A DNA stretch of 11,047 nt from Candidatus Eiseniibacteriota bacterium (GTDB lineage: Bacteria; Joyebacterota; Joyebacteria; Joyebacterales; Joyebacteraceae): positions 1 to 11,047 of the forward strand of contig JBDRFG010000078.1 of assembly GCA_043819135.1 (NCBI GenBank), in the 5' to 3' direction. The translations under genes were made by a program, and so were the position numbers. Under the pieces are notes generated by a model. The model was not told the DNA's origin, did not search any database, and was given only the letters and a program-made list of their open reading frames with translations. The first letter of the stretch is position 1, and every line of letters starts with the position of its first letter. This document shows positions 6,561 through 11,047 of this stretch, one piece after another.

Positions 6561-7787
6561 ATGAGCGCAACCGGTCAGGCAGGCCGGAGGGGAGACAGCG
6601 TCCGCTCGGACTGCTGGGTCTCCGTCGAGCCGGCGGAGAGCGGCGGCCTGACGGTCTCCGTCGATAGCCGTGTCCAGTCGATGTACGGCGCGTCGATTAG
6701 GGCGTCCGTCGAGCAGGGGCTCGAGGCGCTTGGAGTCAAGCACGCCGCCGTGGAGATTGTGGACGCGGGTGCGGTTCCTTTTGTCATCTGGGCGAGGCTC
6801 GAGGCGGCGGTCAAGAACGCCGACCCCTCGATCACAGCGGAGCTTCTGCCGGAGGTGAAGGAGTTCACTCAGTACGGGACCACGCGTGAGCGCTTCAGAA
6901 GGTCCAGGCTCTACCTTCCCGGCGACCAGGTGAAGCTCATGCTCAACGCTGGGCTGCACGGACCCGACGGCGTCATCCTAGACCTGGAGGACAGCGTATC
7001 GCCGAGCCAGAAGGAGGCGGCGCGCTACGTCGTGAGGAACACGCTTCGATCCGTGGATTTCTTCGGCGCCGAGAGAATGGTCCGCATCAACCAGATACCG
7101 ATGGGGCTCGACGACCTTCCGTTCCTCGTTCCGAACAACGTCCACATCATACTGATACCCAAGTGCGAGAGCGCCGATGACGTCAGGGCCGTCGACGCGA
7201 AGGTACAGGAGATTCGCAAGGAGAAGGGCGTCGCGAACGAGGTCTTCCTCATGCCCATCGTCGAGAGCGCGCTCGGATGCTTCAGGGCGTACGAGATCGC
7301 GTCGGCCTCGCCGAACGTGGTGGCGCTGACAATAGGCCTCGAGGACTACACGGCCGACATCGGCACGCAACGCACCAACGAGGGGCGCGAGAGCTTCTGG
7401 GCACGCTCGCAGGTCGTGAACGCGGCGCGGGCCGCGCGCGTCCAGCCCATAGACACGGTGTTCTCGGACGTCACCGACACGGAAGGCCTCGTGGCGAGCA
7501 TTATCGAAGCTAAGGGCTTGGGTTTCGACGGCAAGGGTTGCATTCACCCAAGGCAGATCGAGACGATCCACAAGGGGTTCGCACCGAGCGAGGCTGAGGT
7601 CGCGAAGGCGACACGCATCGTGGTCGCTTTCGAGAAGGCCGAGGCGGAGGGTCTCGGGGTGGTGTCGCTCGGCAGCAAGATGATAGACCCACCGGTGGTC
7701 AAGCGCGCGCTGAGGACGGTCGAACTCGCGGTCGCATCCGGCGTCCTCTCCGAGGACTGGCGCGAGGAAGGAGGGGACGATGCCTGA
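6561..7787 (+). CDS. citE: Fused citrate lyase acyl-carrier (CitD-like, aa ~1-87) and citryl-CoA/ACP lyase beta subunit (CitE, aa ~113-408)
   Basis: RBS AAGGAGGG. The N-domain 'SDCWV...SRVQSMYGASIR...VEIVDAGA.PFVIWARLEAAV' matches the CitD pattern. The C-domain 'RRSRLYLPG...DGVILDLEDSV...VRIN...PKCE...ESALG...GLEDYTAD...DTVFSD...GFDGKGCIHPRQI...KMIDPPVV' is HpcH/CitE family. Confidence 0.9.
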   Translation: MSATGQAGRRGDSVRSDCWVSVEPAESGGLTVSVDSRVQSMYGASIRASVEQGLEALGVKHAAVEIVDAGAVPFVIWARLEAAVKNADPSITAELLPEVKEFTQYGTTRERFRRSRLYLPGDQVKLMLNAGLHGPDGVILDLEDSVSPSQKEAARYVVRNTLRSVDFFGAERMVRINQIPMGLDDLPFLVPNNVHIILIPKCESADDVRAVDAKVQEIRKEKGVANEVFLMPIVESALGCFRAYEIASASPNVVALTIGLEDYTADIGTQRTNEGRESFWARSQVVNAARAARVQPIDTVFSDVTDTEGLVASIIEAKGLGFDGKGCIHPRQIETIHKGFAPSEAEVAKATRIVVAFEKAEAEGLGVVSLGSKMIDPPVVKRALRTVELAVASGVLSEDWREEGGDDA

Positions 7788-9348
7788 GCAGAAACTCGTC
7801 AAGAACGCGGCGGGACGCATGGTCCCGACCGAAGTCAACGGCAGGGAAGCCATCCCGTACAAGGGAGTGGCGAAGCACCGCCCGACCGGGCGAAAGGCCG
7901 CTCCCGCCATCTCCACCGTCATGGACTACCCGGACAGCGGAGACAAGACCGTCCCCGACATCAAGGCGGCGCTTAAGGCAGCGGGGCTGAAGGACGGCAT
8001 GACCGTCTCGACGCACCATCACTTGAGGAACGGCGATAACGTCGCGAACGCGGTTTTCGACGCGGCCGCGGAGCTCGGCGTCAAGGACCTCATGTGGTTC
8101 CCCTCCGCCTGTTTCCCATGCCACGCGCCAATCCTCGAGCACATGAAGAGCGGCGTGGTGCACCACATCGAGGGCAGCATGAACGGCCCGCTGGGTGCCT
8201 ACTGCTCCGAGGGCAAGATGCGGGGTATGGGCGTCCTTCGCTCGCACGGCGGGCGCTATCGCGCGATACAGGACGGCGACGTGCACGTCGATATCGCCGT
8301 AATAGCGGGACCGACTGCCGACCCGTTTGGGAACGCCAACGGCCTCACCGGCCCGGCGGCCTGCGGGCTCATCGGGTTCGCGCTCGCCGACTCGGAGTAC
8401 GCCGACAGGGTCATCGTCGTCACCGACAACCTCATCGACTTCCCGTGCGTGCCCTGGCAGATACAGGGCAACAACGTCGACATCGTCACGACGATGCCGG
8501 CCATCGGTGACGCCAGCAAGATCGTCTCGGGCACGACGCAGATAACGAAGAGCCCTGACCGGCTGCGCATCGCCGAGATGACGGCCCGGTTCGTGAAGGA
8601 ATCGGGGATCATGCGCGACGGCTTTTCGTTCCAGGCAGGCGCGGGCGGCACGGCTCTCTCGTTCGCCATCTTCCTCATGGAGATGATGAGGGAGGAGGGC
8701 GTCAAGGCGCGGTTCGTGCGCGGCGGAAGCACGCAGTACTTGGTGCAGATGCTCGAAGAGGGGCTGACCGACTACATCCTCGACGGACAGACGTTCGACC
8801 TCGATGGCGTGCGGTCGATGCGCGAGAACCCGGCGCACGTCAACACGAGCCCGTTCACGAGCTACAACTATCACAGCAAGGGCAACTTCGCGTCGATGCT
8901 CGATTGCGTGGTGCTGGGAGCGACCGAGGTCGACGTCAACTTCAACGCCAACGTCGTGACGCATTCCGACGGCTACCTCCTGCACGGCATCGGCGGGTGG
9001 CAGAACTGCCTGTTCTCGAAGTGCACCATCCTGCCGATACCGGCGTTCCGCGACAGGATCCCCGTGCTGGTCGATGAGGTGACGACTCTCGTGGGGCCGG
9101 GCGAGCTCATCGACGTCATCGTGACGGAGCGCGGTATCGCCATCAACCCGCTCCGCGAGGACCTGCTCGCGGCGGTCGCGGGTTCGGACCTGCCCATCAG
9201 GCCGATCGAAGAGATCAAGGCCGAGGTGGACGACTTGGTAGGAGGCGCTCCCGAGAAGCCGAACCTGGGCGAGAAGGTGGTGGCGGCCATCGAGTGGGTC
9301 GACGGCACGGTCATAGACAGCGTGAGACAGGTGCTGCTGGAGGAGTAG
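7780..9348 (+). CDS. citF: Citrate lyase alpha subunit (citrate:acetyl-ACP/CoA transferase), 522 aa
   Basis: Motifs 'GLKDGMTVSTHHHLRNGD', 'RSHGGR', 'DPFGNANG', 'FSFQAGAGG', 'LGATEVDVNFNANV', 'PGELIDVIVTERGIAINP'. RBS GGAGGGG. Overlaps the upstream gene by 8 bp (ATGCCTGA), consistent with translational coupling. Confidence 0.93.
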   Translation: MPEQKLVKNAAGRMVPTEVNGREAIPYKGVAKHRPTGRKAAPAISTVMDYPDSGDKTVPDIKAALKAAGLKDGMTVSTHHHLRNGDNVANAVFDAAAELGVKDLMWFPSACFPCHAPILEHMKSGVVHHIEGSMNGPLGAYCSEGKMRGMGVLRSHGGRYRAIQDGDVHVDIAVIAGPTADPFGNANGLTGPAACGLIGFALADSEYADRVIVVTDNLIDFPCVPWQIQGNNVDIVTTMPAIGDASKIVSGTTQITKSPDRLRIAEMTARFVKESGIMRDGFSFQAGAGGTALSFAIFLMEMMREEGVKARFVRGGSTQYLVQMLEEGLTDYILDGQTFDLDGVRSMRENPAHVNTSPFTSYNYHSKGNFASMLDCVVLGATEVDVNFNANVVTHSDGYLLHGIGGWQNCLFSKCTILPIPAFRDRIPVLVDEVTTLVGPGELIDVIVTERGIAINPLREDLLAAVAGSDLPIRPIEEIKAEVDDLVGGAPEKPNLGEKVVAAIEWVDGTVIDSVRQVLLEE

Positions 9349-9386
9349 TGGGGTGGCTGGCGCACGCCGATAGAATCTTCACTACG

Positions 9387-9426
9387 CGAAGAGCGGGGCC
9401 TCTCGAACAGAGGCCCCGCTTCTTCG
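9387..9426. terminator. Intrinsic, probably bidirectional terminator between citF and the convergent MFS gene
   Basis: Perfect 12-bp stem AGCGGGGCCTCT (9392-9403), loop CGAAC, AGAGGCCCCGCT (9409-9420), followed by TCTT. The flanking CGAAG/CTTCG extend the stem. Confidence 0.8.
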
Positions 9427-9449
9427 TGCAGTACTGACTCGCGCTGCGA

Positions 9450-10706
9450 CTACGCGGTCTTCGGCGGCCTGATCATGAACGCGATGACGGCAGCCACCAG
9501 GCAGGCTGCGCCCGCGATGGTGAAGGCCAGCGGGAAGTTGTTCAGGTCACCGAGCTTGCCGCCCATGACCGGTCCCAGGATGCCGCCCACACCGTAGGCC
9601 AGGAAGACCCAGCCGTAGTTCTGCCCGATGTGCTTGGTCCCGAATGTGTCGGCCGTGGTGGTCGGGAATAGGGCGAAGTTACCACCGAAGTTGAAGCCCA
9701 CCAGGGTAGCGCCGAGATAGAGCAGCGCCTTGGTGCCGGCCATGTAGGGGAAGAGAATGACGAGAACTCCCTGCGTGGCGGTCATGATGACGACGGACAG
9801 CTTGCGGCCCAGCTTGTCGCTCATCGCGCCCCAGGCAATGCGTCCGATACCGTTGGCCAGAGAGAAGAACACGGCCATGGCCGTGCCGGCGACCGCCGAG
9901 GCGGCGATCGGATCCATCCCGTTTGCCTCGAGAGCCTGACTCGGGAAGAGCTTCATCAGGCCGATAGACATGAGTCCCGCGCCGGCACTGAACAGGAAGG
10001 TGAGGAAGATCATGTAGAACTGTGGGGTCTTCAGCATGGCGCCCGCGTTGAAATCCACAGTGCCGGCCGCGGGCTTGCCACCGGTCGTGGCCGAAGGAGG
10101 CGTGTAGCCGGTGGGGAGCCAGTCCTTCGGGGGAAAGACCATGACGAGCGCCCCGAGGATGGTGGCAACGGCGAAGACGACCCCGTAGATGATGAAGGTC
10201 GTCGACAGACCCATGTTCTCGATCATGTGGCCCCAGGCGCCGGCCATCTTCACCCAGATCGTCGCACCGAAGCCAAAGCCAGCAACCGCGAGACCGGTGA
10301 TAAGCCCCTTCTTGTCGGGGAACCAGCGCATGCCCACGGCGATGGGTACAACGTAGGCCAGACCGATGCCCGAGCCCCCGATGATGCCCACGAAGACGAA
10401 GATGGGCCAGAAAGAGGTGCCTCCGAACAGCCCGGCGAGCAGGTAGCCCGTGCCGAGCACGATGCCGCCGGCGATGGCGAGCTTGCGCGGTCCGACCTTG
10501 GGCATCATCCGGCCGGCGATCACCATGACGATGGCGAAGAGCGCCAGGCCCGCCGAGAAGACCATCTGTGTTTCCGTCTTGGTCCATCCGGCCTCGACGA
10601 GGGGCTTGGTAAAGACACTCCAAGCGTAGATCGCACCCAGACAGAGCTGGATGAGAATCGCGCCAACCACTACAAGCCCGCGATTCATAGTCTTCTGTTG
10701 TGCCAT
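9450..10706 (-). CDS. OFA/monocarboxylate-type MFS transporter (OxlT/YhjX-like), ~418 aa
   Basis: About 12 hydrophobic segments; motifs 'YAWSVF.KPL..AGW', 'WFPDKKGLITGLAVAGFGFG', 'NGIGRIAWGAMSDKLGRK', 'GGNFALFP...D.FG.K..G.NYG'. Start moved from 10997 to ATG 10706 (AAGGAGA RBS); the longer extension would overlap acs. Confidence 0.9.
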   Translation of the reverse strand: MAQQKTMNRGLVVVGAILIQLCLGAIYAWSVFTKPLVEAGWTKTETQMVFSAGLALFAIVMVIAGRMMPKVGPRKLAIAGGIVLGTGYLLAGLFGGTSFWPIFVFVGIIGGSGIGLAYVVPIAVGMRWFPDKKGLITGLAVAGFGFGATIWVKMAGAWGHMIENMGLSTTFIIYGVVFAVATILGALVMVFPPKDWLPTGYTPPSATTGGKPAAGTVDFNAGAMLKTPQFYMIFLTFLFSAGAGLMSIGLMKLFPSQALEANGMDPIAASAVAGTAMAVFFSLANGIGRIAWGAMSDKLGRKLSVVIMTATQGVLVILFPYMAGTKALLYLGATLVGFNFGGNFALFPTTTADTFGTKHIGQNYGWVFLAYGVGGILGPVMGGKLGDLNNFPLAFTIAGAACLVAAVIAFMIRPPKTA

Positions 10707-10772
10707 GACATCTCCTTGAGTGAGACGGTGGGACGCCGACCACGGCCGTCCGTGCGCCTCTCTGACTGAGAC

Positions 10773-10800
10773 GGGGGCGACCCGCGAGCGAGCCGCCCCC
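10773..10800 (-). other. Intercistronic stem-loop after acs (mRNA stabiliser or partial terminator)
   Basis: On the - transcript: GGGGGCGGCTCG, loop CTCG, CGGGTCGCCCCC, a 12-bp stem with two G-U pairs, 15 nt after the acs stop. No U-tract. Confidence 0.45.
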
Positions 10801-10815
10801 TCTCCTTGATAGACC

Positions 10816-11046
10816 CTAGTGGGCCTTTCCGATCTCCTCAACCGCCTCGGGGTTGGCAAGCGTCGACGTGTCGCCGACCTCCTCACCGATCGCCTTCGCG
10901 CGGATGACGCGACGCATGATCTTGCCCGAACGGGTCTTGGGAACGTCGTGAACGAACCAGATCTCGTCGGGGCGGGCGATCTTGCCAATCTCCACACCGA
11001 CGTGCTCGCGAAGCTCCTGCCTGAGCTCCTCGCTCGGCTCGACGCC
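10816..11046 (-). CDS. acs: 3' end (partial) of an AMP-forming acetate/propionate-CoA ligase (acetyl-CoA synthetase)
   Basis: Translates to GVEPSEELRQELREHVGVEIGKIARPDEIWFVHDVPKTRSGKIMRRVIRAKAIGEEVGDTSTLANPEAVEEIGKAH*. It has the A10 motif PKTRSGKIMRR with the catalytic/acetylated Lys and the Acs-typical 'GDTSTLANP' tail. Not in the ORF track because the start lies beyond the window. Confidence 0.88.
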   Translation of the reverse strand, partial: GVEPSEELRQELREHVGVEIGKIARPDEIWFVHDVPKTRSGKIMRRVIRAKAIGEEVGDTSTLANPEAVEEIGKAH

Positions 11047-11047
11047 C

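Noticed and set aside
7699..8985. 428-aa - strand ORF, and similar ORFs 3510-4628, 4600-5502, 6978-7922 and 9679-10743
   Set aside because: All overlap well-supported genes in antisense or alternative frames, are Arg/Pro/His-rich, and lack domains or an RBS.
1..11047. CRISPR array, tRNA/rRNA, transposase or integrase
   Set aside because: No regularly spaced repeats, cloverleaf, rRNA-like segment or recombinase motifs were seen. Nearly all of the sequence is accounted for by the listed genes.

Overview
GC-rich bacterial window. The protein C-termini (a T9SS/FlgD-like C-terminal domain and a terminal 'SWGSIKAMYK' motif) suggest an FCB-group candidate phylum such as Eisenbacteria, Krumholzibacteriota or Latescibacterota; this is inference. 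From left to right: the 3' end of a probable secreted protein with a short C-terminal WG motif (+); hairpins; an orphan PAS3-GAF-HisKA-HATPase-REC hybrid histidine kinase (-); a divergently transcribed secreted protein with a T9SS-like C-terminal domain behind a good sigma70 promoter (+); a highly self-complementary ~180 nt spacer; a compact three-gene operon (+); a terminator; and, converging on it, an OFA-family MFS transporter and the 3' end of an acetyl-CoA synthetase (-). The operon encodes a single-chain LeuC-LeuD-type aconitase-family hydratase, a CitD-CitE fusion and CitF, and it is the most interesting element. The hydratase has a systematically altered active site (Cys where aconitase has its catalytic His101). 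The fused ACP domain has Arg where CitD normally carries its prosthetic-group serine, and no citC/citG/citX activation genes are in the locus. Together these suggest a non-canonical hydratase plus citrate-lyase-like pathway, possibly using free CoA, with an unknown substrate. No CRISPR array, tRNA, rRNA or mobile element was seen.
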